This document shows positions 20,801-29,895 of a DNA stretch of 64,000 nt, in pieces (the stretch's first letter is position 1; each line of letters begins with the position of its first letter). The notes below the pieces were generated by a model. That model made no database searches, was not told where the DNA came from, and worked only from the letters and a program-made list of their open reading frames with translations. The stretch lies in assembly GCA_043719295.1 (NCBI GenBank), contig JAYSUD010000001.1:189799-253798 (forward strand). Reading direction: 5' to 3'. The position numbers and the translations under genes were made by a program. The stretch comes from a bacterium. Lineage in GTDB: Bacteria; Patescibacteriota; Minisyncoccia; Phycocordibacterales; UBA918.

Positions 20801-21001
20801 GTCCCCCACAATTAAGGCTGCACTACATTTTAAAAAATCAATTGAGGATTCAATAATAAACTTATAATTATTACAGCAAATGTATTTCCCGAGCAAACTG
20901 ATTTTTCTGTACTAAAATATTTCTCATTTCTTTTTGAAATAATCTACATCAAAAACGTGAGTTTTTAGCCCAACTCCCCTACTTTAGATTTATGTCTAGC
21001 A

Positions 21002-21784
21002 CTACTCAATAAATACTCCTCCAAGAAGTTCTTTCAAGATATGATCGTACCTGTTTGTGTGTTTGCTTAGATGTATGTTCCGTGTACCACCCTGTGTTAG
21101 CTTTGAAGTAATTTCAGGATGAGCTTCTAGATACATGTATACTTTTTTCGGAATAATTTCATCTTGTGAAAAGACCATAAGATCTTGTCCGTACCGCTCT
21201 ATGATACCCTCTTTAAGTAACGTGTAGTGAGTACAGCCTAAGATCAGTGAGTCTCCCCCTTTCTCTAATAGTTCGTCGATAATTGGAAATACTAATTCAA
21301 GTGCCGCATCGATGTTTCCTTCCTCAATAAGTGGAACAAGACTCGGAGTTGCTAGTGAAAATAATTCAGGTTTATTTTTGAACTTCGAGAATTCTCTATC
21401 ATACTTTGAAGATGCAACGGTACGTTGTGTCGCAATCAAAAGAGTCTTTTGAGCGTGACATGCTACCACTTCTTCTACAACAGGAATAATAACCCCAAGT
21501 ATCTTTCTATCTGGATACTCTTCATTAAGATAGGTGTCTTGAAGCTTTCGAAGCGTCTCTGCTGAAGCTGTGTTACAGGCAATGATAACTAACACGCACT
21601 CCTTTTCAAACAAGTGCTCAATTCCCATTTTTGTAAACTCATATATCTCTTCTTCTGTTTTATCACCATACGGAAGGTTTTCTGTATCGCCGAAAAATTC
21701 ATAGTCATAGGAAGGAAGCAATGACGCAACCGACTTCATGATGATAAGTCCACCCAATCCAGAATCAAAAAATCCAATTTTCAT
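21002..21784 (-). CDS. murI: glutamate racemase
   Basis: FDSGLGGL, IACNTAS and LGCTHY motifs. Start taken at the internal MKIGFFDSG. Confidence 0.85.
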   Translation of the reverse strand: MKIGFFDSGLGGLIIMKSVASLLPSYDYEFFGDTENLPYGDKTEEEIYEFTKMGIEHLFEKECVLVIIACNTASAETLRKLQDTYLNEEYPDRKILGVIIPVVEEVVACHAQKTLLIATQRTVASSKYDREFSKFKNKPELFSLATPSLVPLIEEGNIDAALELVFPIIDELLEKGGDSLILGCTHYTLLKEGIIERYGQDLMVFSQDEIIPKKVYMYLEAHPEITSKLTQGGTRNIHLSKHTNRYDHILKELLGGVFIE

Positions 21785-21785
21785 A

Positions 21786-22040
21786 CTAGTAGAGTTCGCT
21801 ATGTGAACCAATTTTATAAAATATATACTTACCCGACTCAATTTGAAATTGTGCTCTTAAATCACCTGTAACATTCATACTTAAGAGAAACGCTTCTGTA
21901 CCTTGCAAAGAATGTACGTTAAGTAAGGGATGGTAATTATTTTCAATAAGTAACGCTAAACGTTCTTTAAACTGAGCCTTAACCTTTTGTGGAAGTTTTT
22001 CGTATTGTTTCTTAAATTTCTTCCTAAATTCAATTTCCAT
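21786..22040 (-). CDS. type II toxin-antitoxin system RelE/YafQ-family toxin
   Basis: 84 aa with a RelE-fold sequence pattern (KLPQKVKAQFKERL...GYKIG). Lies immediately downstream of a DinJ-like antitoxin. Confidence 0.7.
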   Translation of the reverse strand: MEIEFRKKFKKQYEKLPQKVKAQFKERLALLIENNYHPLLNVHSLQGTEAFLLSMNVTGDLRAQFQIESGKYIFYKIGSHSELY

Positions 22041-22045
22041 ATAAA

Positions 22046-22318
22046 CTACGAATCAAGCCATGCTACCGCATCATCAACTGTTGAAAATGTAGGGGACATC
22101 CCCTTTCCTTGCCTTGCTTCATCAATAGCTTTGTTGAGCTCTTTGATAACAGACGGTCGCAGCATTGGTTCACGTTGGACGGTAAGAGATCCAGATTTAA
22201 TAAATTCTTTTAAATACACATTGACGACAGTAGAAAGCGGTACACCCAAATACTCTGCTAAGGATTTAGCTCTTTCTTTTACCTCTATATCAACTTTAGA
22301 ATTAAGGACTGTTTTCAT
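22046..22318 (-). CDS. RelB/DinJ-family antitoxin
   Basis: About 90 aa with an N-terminal ribbon-helix-helix-like region (IEVKERAKSLAEYLGVPLSTVVNVYLKEF), adjacent to the toxin. Confidence 0.7.
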   Translation of the reverse strand: MKTVLNSKVDIEVKERAKSLAEYLGVPLSTVVNVYLKEFIKSGSLTVQREPMLRPSVIKELNKAIDEARQGKGMSPTFSTVDDAVAWLDS

Positions 22319-22520
22319 AATATAACTATTATACACACAAAGGTTATTTTTTCAATACAAGTTAAGATATTTAGGTACTTTCAAAATTCACTGTAACATA
22401 GCCACTTTATGGTTAAAGCTACTTCATTTATCCCCTTTCAATCTATAAAATACATACAAAGTGATACAATGAATCTAGATAGTACAAGAATTAATTCGTT
22501 ATAATTTATAGTATATATAC

Positions 22521-22934
22521 ATGATGAACAAAATTTTTAATCATCCAATATGGAATACACATGCACTACTCTTTGCACGAGTACTCATGGGAGGAATGTT
22601 TTTACTTGCAGGAATCAACAAAGCTTCTGGTATTGATGGCACTACAGGCATGATTGGAGCTGCAGGACTTCCAATGCCATTGGTACTTGCATGGCTAGCG
22701 GCGCTACTAGAGATTGCAGCTGGAGCAGCAATCATCTTAGGTAAATATTTCAAAGAGGCAGCTATTTCTCTTGCAGTATTTACATTTGTCATTAGCTTCA
22801 TCTTCCACGGGCCAAACAGTTGGGCTGAGAACATGATGCAACAACTTGTGTTCACAAAGAACATGGCGATTGTAGCTGGTTTGTTGTTTATGGCAGCACA
22901 TGGTGCTGGAAAGACTTGGAAAATGAGCAACTGA
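22521..22934 (+). CDS. DoxX family membrane protein
   Basis: 137 aa, 4 TM helices, N-terminal DoxX signature. Confidence 0.8.
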   Translation: MMNKIFNHPIWNTHALLFARVLMGGMFLLAGINKASGIDGTTGMIGAAGLPMPLVLAWLAALLEIAAGAAIILGKYFKEAAISLAVFTFVISFIFHGPNSWAENMMQQLVFTKNMAIVAGLLFMAAHGAGKTWKMSN

Positions 22935-23074
22935 GCGTAGCGATTATTGCGAATTTACCTTCTTACAGAAGCTGTCCGCTCATTGGATACTTTATTTCGT
23001 TACACTCATAAAGTCTCTCAATGAGTCTTGCGAAAGTGTCCCACACTTTCTCACCCAGTTTTCGCGCTGATCCA

Positions 23075-23150
23075 GAGTTCGTTTCAATGCCTCAGCGTTA
23101 GCTGTGCATTGAATAGAACTCAGCGGAAACTGCTGGAACTTTCCAACGTT
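23075..23150 (+). repeat. REP-like hairpin family 1 copy (stem gagttcgtttcaatgc/gcattgaatagaactc, loop ctcagcgttagctgt, tail gctggaactttccaacgtt)
   Basis: Same loop and 3' tail as 2671-2955, with a different, self-complementary stem sequence. Confidence 0.6.
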
Positions 23151-23187
23151 TAGGTAAATCGATCTGTTGTAAAAGCACTCAACATAG

Positions 23188-23218
23188 AAAAAGCCCTCTT
23201 GCGAGGGCTTTTTTCTAT
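23188..23218. terminator. bidirectional rho-independent terminator
   Basis: gaaaaagccctcttgcgagggcttttttc. Confidence 0.6.
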
Positions 23219-23232
23219 GTCTGTACGGAGTT

Positions 23233-23580
23233 TTAGAGTGATGCAAGTGTTGCACCCCAACATGCAGATGATGCACGCCATGGTTGGATACCTTGTTTCT
23301 CATAGAGATGTCGGGCATACGCCATGTTGTCCTGAAGGTTAGTGATATCAAAACCTAGGTTCGCAGCAGTTGTACCGTGGTAATAACTGTTGATCTGCAT
23401 AACACCTGTATCTCGATTGTCTACTTTTCCTCTAAGAACGCTTCCATCTGCAAGTGTATGACGAAACTGTGATTCACAACGCGCGACCTGAATCATTACT
23501 GGAATATCGCTAAAGTATTTTCGTACCTCTGCTTCCGTATTACTCGGTGCAACGACAGTGACTTGTTTCGTCGTATCCAC
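23233..23580 (-). CDS. lysozyme-like/transglycosylase-like small protein (GTG start; possibly N-terminally longer)
   Basis: ARCESQF...GVMQIN resembles the catalytic Glu region of the lytic transglycosylase/Rpf fold. Upstream, an in-frame 38 codons encode a signal-peptide-like IISTVIAAFIAVSG segment with no ATG/GTG/TTG start. Confidence 0.45.
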   Translation of the reverse strand: MDTTKQVTVVAPSNTEAEVRKYFSDIPVMIQVARCESQFRHTLADGSVLRGKVDNRDTGVMQINSYYHGTTAANLGFDITNLQDNMAYARHLYEKQGIQPWRASSACWGATLASL

Positions 23581-23689
23581 AGTGTTATTACTAACAATGT
23601 GACCGTAGGCCGTATCAGTGGCTACAACTGATCCGGTTCCTGATACAGCGATAAACGCTGCAATTACGGTGGATATTATAAGCCAAATG

Positions 23690-24060
23690 TCTTATCTAAC
23701 AAATAAGCGAGCGAGCGTCTTAGAAAAATGAATGCATTCATTTTTCTATGACCGAGCGAGCGCCATTTGTATCTTGGATACAAATTTGCGAGCACCCGAC
23801 ATAGATAATTGATTTATGCGAATTTCTCTAAAACCGATTGACGTGCAATTTGTATCCGCAGATACAAATAAGCGAGCAAACTCAATAGGTTAATTGAACT
23901 AACAACTTCCCTACTTCATTTACTCCCATATGTACCAACGTAGATTCAAATTGCAGTCGAACGCTGTAGGTTGTTGATATTACTCACTTCCCTACAATCA
24001 CGCATCGCCATATGTATCAAAAGATACAAAAAGCGGCCGGAGCCACTTACGCCAATGATT
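23690..24060. repeat. array of four palindromic sites aTTTGTATC-N3-4-GATACAAAt+aaGCGAGC plus a 22-bp perfect palindrome aaaaatgaatgcattcattttt
   Basis: Palindromic sites at about 23694 (degenerate), 23762, 23845 and 24010. Perfect palindrome at 23728-23749. The spacing is irregular, so this is not a CRISPR array. Confidence 0.4.
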
Positions 24061-24117
24061 ATAGCATATCCATGCTCAAAGTCAAGTTATACAACTACTT
24101 TTACCCTGTGTCAAAGT

Positions 24118-24150
24118 CCAAAAAACGGCTCAATTGAGCCGTTTTAAGTA
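24118..24150 (-). terminator. rho-independent terminator for the 24283-24858 gene
   Basis: aaaacggctcaattgagccgtttt stem followed by TTTTTTGG on the minus strand. Confidence 0.55.
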
Positions 24151-24282
24151 TTGACATGCAAGTAGTTTGTTGAGTAACAATTCTCTATCTATCAATAATC
24201 ACAAATACAAAATTGAAATAAAAATAGGATCTGGCCAAAAATAGCCAGATCCACCCATTAACATACCAACCAGAGTTTTTCA

Positions 24283-24858
24283 CTAACCCTGATTTGCGAC
24301 TATCCAATCTCCGTCTCCCAAAAAGCCGAGATTGGGAAAGTTTTCACTTTTCCATTTGCCCTCATAGTTTACCAAACAACGACAATAGTGACCTCCTGTA
24401 ACCTCATGTCCAAAGATTGTGCTTGAGAAAATAACTTTTCTTACTATGCTCCACTCTTCTGGTATTCTGTGTGGATACTTTTCGAAGAAATCGTGAAAGT
24501 AGGCATTGAGAGGCACCCAAGATGTCTCTAATGACTGTTCCCAGATTCTATCAAGTTGGTTCCTTGCTGGTTTAACTAGTGATGGATTCCAGTCACTTCC
24601 ACCAAACCAAGCGAACATACCGTTCATAGCATGATGTTCAGAAATGTTTTCAAAACATGTATGAAGCACACCTTTTCGATTATCGACGATACATTTTCGC
24701 CAAACAATGGTTGCGTCGCCGTTAAGAACATCGAGAATCTTGCCTGCTTTTGTTCCTTTTGCAAGTTCTTTAACATGATTTGCATCCCATCCATTTCTGG
24801 CAAATGCAAAATCAAGCTCGGCCGCCTGACGACTTGTCATTACAGCTGCATTAGTCAT
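24283..24858 (-). CDS. hypothetical protein (191 aa), no recognisable family
   Basis: Clean ORF with its own terminator. No recognisable motifs. Confidence 0.5.
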   Translation of the reverse strand: MTNAAVMTSRQAAELDFAFARNGWDANHVKELAKGTKAGKILDVLNGDATIVWRKCIVDNRKGVLHTCFENISEHHAMNGMFAWFGGSDWNPSLVKPARNQLDRIWEQSLETSWVPLNAYFHDFFEKYPHRIPEEWSIVRKVIFSSTIFGHEVTGGHYCRCLVNYEGKWKSENFPNLGFLGDGDWIVANQG

Positions 24859-24971
24859 GACGTGTCTCCTATTTTTGACTTGTCCAAATGGACGTGTCGA
24901 GTTAAATTATGGATCCTCAATCTAAAGAATCCAAAGATACTATGTTCTGAGATTAAGAATATGTCAACAGA

Positions 24972-25811
24972 TTAAGTAATAGACCCAAGCTTCGCCATAG
25001 CCCCGTACAATCCACTTTGGTCACCAAGTCGTGCATCAACTATCAAGGGGCATTCTATATTTTCACCTAGAATTGCATTGGTATGCTTTAAAATATCATC
25101 AAGAAGTATCCGTGGGTTACCTAAAATCATTGATCCCCCAAGCACTACAACATCAGGAGACCAGTACAAAATTGTATTTCGGAGGCCGTGAGCTAGGTAT
25201 AGAGCTAACTGATCCCAGGTTGCGTCAGACTGCTCGATTTCATAGGGCTTTACTCCCATACGTTCCTCTAGAGCCGAACCAGACACTAGGTTCTCAAGAG
25301 TTGGTTCAATCCCCTCACCCAAGATAGTCTTATCAATATCAAGTACTTGTTTTCCAGGTTCAAACCCAGTTCGGTTATCATCAATCTTTCCGTATTCAAT
25401 TTTTGCACCTCCTACTCCCGTACTTACTGTGTGATAGGCAACAATATCAAGATCCATTCCTGCACCAAAGTTAGCTTCGCCAAGTCCCGCTAGTGCTGCA
25501 TCATTTTCAAGGTACACTTCTGCTTTAAGTTTCTTTTTAAGTGCTTCGCATACAGACTTATCAATCCACGAAGTGAGCACACTATCATAGACAATTGCCG
25601 TCTTGTCATCGTTAAGTGGTCCTCTGATGCCTCCGCATACACCCCGAAGTGAAGTCTTAGTTAACTTCCCCACTGCCTCAACAATCGTATCAATTCCTTT
25701 TTCAAAATCATTAGGCGTCTTAAAAGAAATAACTTCACCAAGTGTTTTCAAATCTTCAGTTATCGCAACCCGAGTTTTAGTCCCTCCAATATCAAAAAGA
25801 ATGTACGACAT
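24972..25811 (-). CDS. ROK family sugar kinase (glucokinase-like)
   Basis: LFDIGGTKTRVAI N-terminal ATPase motif and ROK-like architecture. Confidence 0.8.
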   Translation of the reverse strand: MSYILFDIGGTKTRVAITEDLKTLGEVISFKTPNDFEKGIDTIVEAVGKLTKTSLRGVCGGIRGPLNDDKTAIVYDSVLTSWIDKSVCEALKKKLKAEVYLENDAALAGLGEANFGAGMDLDIVAYHTVSTGVGGAKIEYGKIDDNRTGFEPGKQVLDIDKTILGEGIEPTLENLVSGSALEERMGVKPYEIEQSDATWDQLALYLAHGLRNTILYWSPDVVVLGGSMILGNPRILLDDILKHTNAILGENIECPLIVDARLGDQSGLYGAMAKLGSIT

Positions 25812-25812
25812 A

Positions 25813-26313
25813 TTATGCTAGTAGTGTATCACGAAGCTCAGTCCATATTTGAACAAGTCCTCGTGTACAAAGTTCTGGTGTGTTTGTAATAAGTTCATCT
25901 ACCGATTTAGGTGAAAGCCATTGTACACTCTCAACTTCATGAGTATCAAATGACAATACTTCATCAACCTGTACAACTGTTTTATAGATAGTATTAAAAA
26001 AGTCTTCTGTACGATACGAAGTAACCACTTCAGCCAACTTGAAATTTGTAATCCCCAATTCTTCTCTTGTTTCTCGAATCGCTGCATCAATGTACTCCTC
26101 GCCTTCGTCTACGTGACCAGCAGCAGACTGATCAAGTAGCCCTGGTTTTGATATGAGCTGACTCCGTTTTTGTATAAGTAACTCACCGTTTGTATTAAAA
26201 ACAAATACGCGAGATGCGCGTCTAATTAAGTTATTTGCAATAGCATTATCGTATGTGTCATACCCCACAAGAACATCATTCTCGTCAACAATAGTAATTT
26301 TTTTATGCTCCAT
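25813..26313 (-). CDS. NUDIX hydrolase
   Basis: Nudix box GHVDEGEEYIDAAIRETREELGI. Confidence 0.8.
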   Translation of the reverse strand: MEHKKITIVDENDVLVGYDTYDNAIANNLIRRASRVFVFNTNGELLIQKRSQLISKPGLLDQSAAGHVDEGEEYIDAAIRETREELGITNFKLAEVVTSYRTEDFFNTIYKTVVQVDEVLSFDTHEVESVQWLSPKSVDELITNTPELCTRGLVQIWTELRDTLLA

Positions 26314-26321
26314 AGCGTATC

Positions 26322-27257
26322 CTACTCAACAATAGGGTTTATAATACTTCCGAAAGATTCACTTGTTTCTTTTGCATATGCCTCTATTCTTTGTTTGTAG
26401 TATGGAGGGAATTGTTTTTGAATCTGTCCGATGAAGTAGTACCCAATAGCCATCATAGCTCCGTAATCGACATCAGTAGGGAGCGTTATAGTAAGACGAT
26501 GTTCAGGGTTACCAAAGACCGTATTAGGCTCACCAAAGCTTACAAACAACTCTCTGTTGCCTTGAATAACGGTTTTTGCATGTTTAGTTTGTTCAAAGGT
26601 AAACACGCGTGCCATAAGCTTTGGTCCAAAGAGTTCATCAAACTTTGTCTTAAACATCTCGCGAACTTCAGTAAATTCGTCAGGAACCGTCAAGTAAAAC
26701 GCATCATACGATGCGAGATTGTGCGGCACTGCCGGTACAACGTGTTCGTATATAAATGTAAGAATTTCTTTTGGGTCTTCACTTGTCTTAGAAAGAATCA
26801 TTCCTAAGTACGTTGAAGTGTTGTACGTATACGGTTCACGATTTTTTGGAAATACGTGAACTGAAGAAGGTGGAAGCAGTTCCCGTGCAGGAGCATTTTC
26901 ATTGTTAGTTAATAGTTCAAAAGGGAGCGCACGTTGTGCAAGTGCATTCCCAATCTCAATTGCATGTTTTCCTCCAGATGCAGAAATCAAAAAAGCACCA
27001 TCAATTGATGGAATATTTGCTAACTTAGCTACGTATGAAGACTCGTCAGCAAAAACAGCATCAACATCATCAAACAATAGCTTCCCCGTAACCGCCGCAT
27101 TACCACTTCCTACTACCAACGGACGTTTAAACTGTGTCAAATCAACTTCTGGTAGCTCTACTGTTTGGAATAGTTCAAGTGCCCCAAAGACTACAGTATC
27201 CAAATCAGGAAGCGTATCTTTGGTAAACGTTTTTAGAATTTCAGTATTTTCTTGCAT
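26322..27257 (-). CDS. hypothetical protein with a possible SIS-like phosphosugar-binding region
   Basis: VVGSGNAAVTGKLL and FLISASGGKHAIEIGNALAQ segments resemble SIS-domain motifs. Weak call. Confidence 0.4.
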   Translation of the reverse strand: MQENTEILKTFTKDTLPDLDTVVFGALELFQTVELPEVDLTQFKRPLVVGSGNAAVTGKLLFDDVDAVFADESSYVAKLANIPSIDGAFLISASGGKHAIEIGNALAQRALPFELLTNNENAPARELLPPSSVHVFPKNREPYTYNTSTYLGMILSKTSEDPKEILTFIYEHVVPAVPHNLASYDAFYLTVPDEFTEVREMFKTKFDELFGPKLMARVFTFEQTKHAKTVIQGNRELFVSFGEPNTVFGNPEHRLTITLPTDVDYGAMMAIGYYFIGQIQKQFPPYYKQRIEAYAKETSESFGSIINPIVE

Positions 27258-27265
27258 ACCTATAA

Positions 27266-27991
27266 TTATACTTGAATTGAGTTGTCTTTGTCTGTGTTTT
27301 TTACAATGTATTTAACCGCCTCATCAACACTATCGACAACAACAAAAAGATCTAAATCTTCTTTACTAATAGTCTTAGACTCTTTAAGCATTTGTTTGTT
27401 GAAAAAAGACACTAATGGATCCCAGAAATCTTTTCCATACAGCACAATAGGAATACGCTCAATTTTTTTTGTTTGGATAAGGGTTAAAAGTTCAAAGAAC
27501 TCATCCATAGTACCAAAACCTCCCGGAAAGTAGATGTAGACTTCAGATGCAAATGCGAGCATTACTTTACGTGAAAAGAAAAAGTCAAAATTAAGTGATT
27601 CAGTTGTGTACGGATTTAACTTTTGCTCAAATGGAAGTTGAATGTTGAGTCCAACAGACTTCCCTCCTACTTTAAAGCTACCGACATTTGCCGCCTCCAT
27701 AATTCCAGGCCCTCCTCCTGTGATAATCGCAAAACCTTTCTTAGAAAGTTTAGCTCCAAGTTCTTCTGCTTCTTTATAGTACTTGTCTCCAGGCTTAAAT
27801 CGTGCACTTCCAAAAATTGAAGCCGCGAGACCGTATTTACGAAGCAACTCAAAGCCCGATACAAACTCAGACATAATCCGGAACACTCGCCACGACTCAA
27901 CTGCGTCCCCATTTGTCGCAAGCAAATCAGTAATAATGCGTTTATGCATTATTATTTTACTTTTTTTAGATTGTGAACCTTTTCCAAACAT
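27266..27991 (-). CDS. LOG family (TIGR00730) cytokinin riboside 5'-monophosphate phosphoribohydrolase-like protein
   Basis: GGGPGIMEA and PGGFGTMDEFFE motifs. Possible internal start at MHKRII. Confidence 0.8.
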   Translation of the reverse strand: MFGKGSQSKKSKIIMHKRIITDLLATNGDAVESWRVFRIMSEFVSGFELLRKYGLAASIFGSARFKPGDKYYKEAEELGAKLSKKGFAIITGGGPGIMEAANVGSFKVGGKSVGLNIQLPFEQKLNPYTTESLNFDFFFSRKVMLAFASEVYIYFPGGFGTMDEFFELLTLIQTKKIERIPIVLYGKDFWDPLVSFFNKQMLKESKTISKEDLDLFVVVDSVDEAVKYIVKNTDKDNSIQV

Positions 27992-28057
27992 AGAATGAAC
28001 AATACCTACAGTCTAGCATTCTTTATTCATTACTTTGTTTAATGCCCGTGTATAAAA

Positions 28058-28648
28058 CTACCAAGGAATTTCAAATTCTGTAAATTCAGGTAAAAGCTTT
28101 TTATTGTACAAAAGACGGGAGGTTACTTCAGCGTGACACATGGCTCCTGTTAATGCGTTGTGTGGGTTAGGCTCGTTTGGGATACCGCAGTATTCTAAAA
28201 TTGCATTAAGGTTTAAAAGTGATCGTTTATGTTGTGCGTCTATTGGCACCTCAATTCCCTTTTTTGTCATATGCATCCAACAAAGTGTGTGTGTATCTAT
28301 CGTACGATATGGTAAATCAAACTGGAGGTGTACTCTGTGTGCAGCAACTTTTACAAAGTCTCTATCAAACGACACATTTTGCCCAACTAGTGTTCGATCT
28401 GCCATGCCTTGGGTCCACTCAAGAAATTGTGTTGCTAACTCCCCTTCACTCATTTTGGTTGGATCTGTAATTTGTTCAAGGGTAAAACCATTAACTACAA
28501 GTGCCTCATCCATTACATGTGCACTTTCCCAAATCTTGCATTCTTTATAAAACCGATTTTCTGGATTAGTAAAATCAATTGCGCCCAAAGACACAATGGA
28601 GTGCTTACCAAATTCTGTTCCCGAAGCCTCTACATCAAGGATTATCAT
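28058..28648 (-). CDS. DEDD-family 3'-5' exonuclease (DnaQ-like)
   Basis: N-terminal ILDVEASG Exo I motif and an H-x4-D Exo III motif (CHAEVTSRL). Confidence 0.7.
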   Translation of the reverse strand: MIILDVEASGTEFGKHSIVSLGAIDFTNPENRFYKECKIWESAHVMDEALVVNGFTLEQITDPTKMSEGELATQFLEWTQGMADRTLVGQNVSFDRDFVKVAAHRVHLQFDLPYRTIDTHTLCWMHMTKKGIEVPIDAQHKRSLLNLNAILEYCGIPNEPNPHNALTGAMCHAEVTSRLLYNKKLLPEFTEFEIPW

Positions 28649-28745
28649 AAAATAACTATATCATGTACAGGATAATTGATTACTTGATAGAATCTCTAAG
28701 CTCGTATATACTATATGATATTATCATATGTAATTATCATACTTT

Positions 28746-28952
28746 ATGACTACCCTTTCAATCCCCCTTTCACCTGAGCTTGCACTGTTTGTAGAAAAGA
28801 CGATACAAGAAACAGGACTCACACGTGCTGATATTGTACGACAGGCACTAAAACTCTATGCTGAAGAACAAGCAGTACGAAAAATTCTCCTAGCTTCTTC
28901 TGAACCAACTCTTACTGGTGATCTAGATGAGCTATTACGTCAAATTGATTAA
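28746..28952 (+). CDS. ParD/RHH-type antitoxin
   Basis: 68 aa immediately upstream of a RelE/ParE toxin, with an AT-rich repeated operator (ttatcata) upstream. Confidence 0.55.
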   Translation: MTTLSIPLSPELALFVEKTIQETGLTRADIVRQALKLYAEEQAVRKILLASSEPTLTGDLDELLRQID

Positions 28953-28960
28953 TCGTCTGT

Positions 28961-29218
28961 ATGGAAATTCGCTACAAACCTAGCTTTTTACGTGACTTTA
29001 AACATCTGCCTCTTTCTGTACAGCAGGAAGCGAAAGAACGCATTGAACAATTTAAGAACCCAGACAATCATCAGAAATTAAAAGTACACAAACTGAAAGG
29101 TAAGCTTAAAAACTTCTATAGCTTTAGTATTACGTACTCACACCGAATTGTTTTTGAATGCGAAACAAAAAACATAATTGTTTTTCTTGCTATAGGAGAT
29201 CACGATGTCTACAACTGA
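28961..29218 (+). CDS. RelE/ParE family toxin
   Basis: KLKVHKLKGKLKNFYSFSITYSHRIVFE...FLAIGDHD is a canonical RelE/ParE pattern. Confidence 0.75.
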   Translation: MEIRYKPSFLRDFKHLPLSVQQEAKERIEQFKNPDNHQKLKVHKLKGKLKNFYSFSITYSHRIVFECETKNIIVFLAIGDHDVYN

Positions 29219-29274
29219 CTTTTACATTACATGGACAAAATCCTGATGTAGTAGGATAGAAATAACCTTTATGG

Positions 29275-29871
29275 TCATACATAAGACTTAACCCAAGTAT
29301 CTTCAGTCACTAAAGGAGTATATTGGTATGCATTATCTATAATGAACTGATTGAAAGTTTGAAGCCAAACTTCTTTTTCCATTGATACTGATCTGTGTAT
29401 CGTGTGCACATATTCTTTATTATTTACTTTTGCAAGGTTTGTAAGTAATTTTGGAATTAAACCGTACACGTGTATTCCAACACCTTTAGGTAATAAGGAA
29501 TCGTGATGTGTACTATTTCTTTTTCGTACATCACTCGATATTTGTACGACTCCATTTTTTTGATCTTTAAAGAAAAGTTCAAGACAGAGCACATCACGAG
29601 GATCCCCTACAAGTATCTGTACACTGACTTGAAATCTTCCTTGTTCTATGATGATAATTTTACACGGAAAAGACAATCTTTCATTGTCGAATTTTAGCTC
29701 ACCAACACCAGCAGTTCTTGTTATTACTTCTCCGCTTAGGTCAACATCTGACTCTGATACTAAGAACAGTATATCAGCGTAATCTTCAAAATAGAACCTG
29801 ATTATTGATTTTATACTATCAATTTCAGTTATTTTTTCAGCCTTAACTGAAACGCCTGGTTCTTTCATCAT
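29275..29871 (-). CDS. hypothetical protein (start taken at the internal MMKEPG)
   Basis: ORF only. Divergent from ung with about 24 bp between the starts. Confidence 0.4.
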   Translation of the reverse strand: MMKEPGVSVKAEKITEIDSIKSIIRFYFEDYADILFLVSESDVDLSGEVITRTAGVGELKFDNERLSFPCKIIIIEQGRFQVSVQILVGDPRDVLCLELFFKDQKNGVVQISSDVRKRNSTHHDSLLPKGVGIHVYGLIPKLLTNLAKVNNKEYVHTIHRSVSMEKEVWLQTFNQFIIDNAYQYTPLVTEDTWVKSYV

Positions 29872-29895
29872 ATATATATTAGTATTATTTATAAC

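Noticed and set aside
20433-21001. tmRNA, RNase P RNA or SRP RNA in the long convergent spacer
   Set aside because: No tag-peptide reading frame ending in a CCA-like motif, no GGAAAGUCCGG P4 motif, and no SRP domain IV motif were visible.
22992-23351. 119-aa minus-strand ORF downstream of doxX
   Set aside because: It overlaps the REP-like hairpin and the bidirectional terminator at 23188-23218 and also the lysozyme-like gene. It has no SD or motif and is probably spurious.
23690-24060. Possible CRISPR array
   Set aside because: The repeat units are palindromic operator-like sites with irregular spacing (about 70, 83 and 165 bp) and degenerate copies. No cas genes are present, so this is not a CRISPR array.
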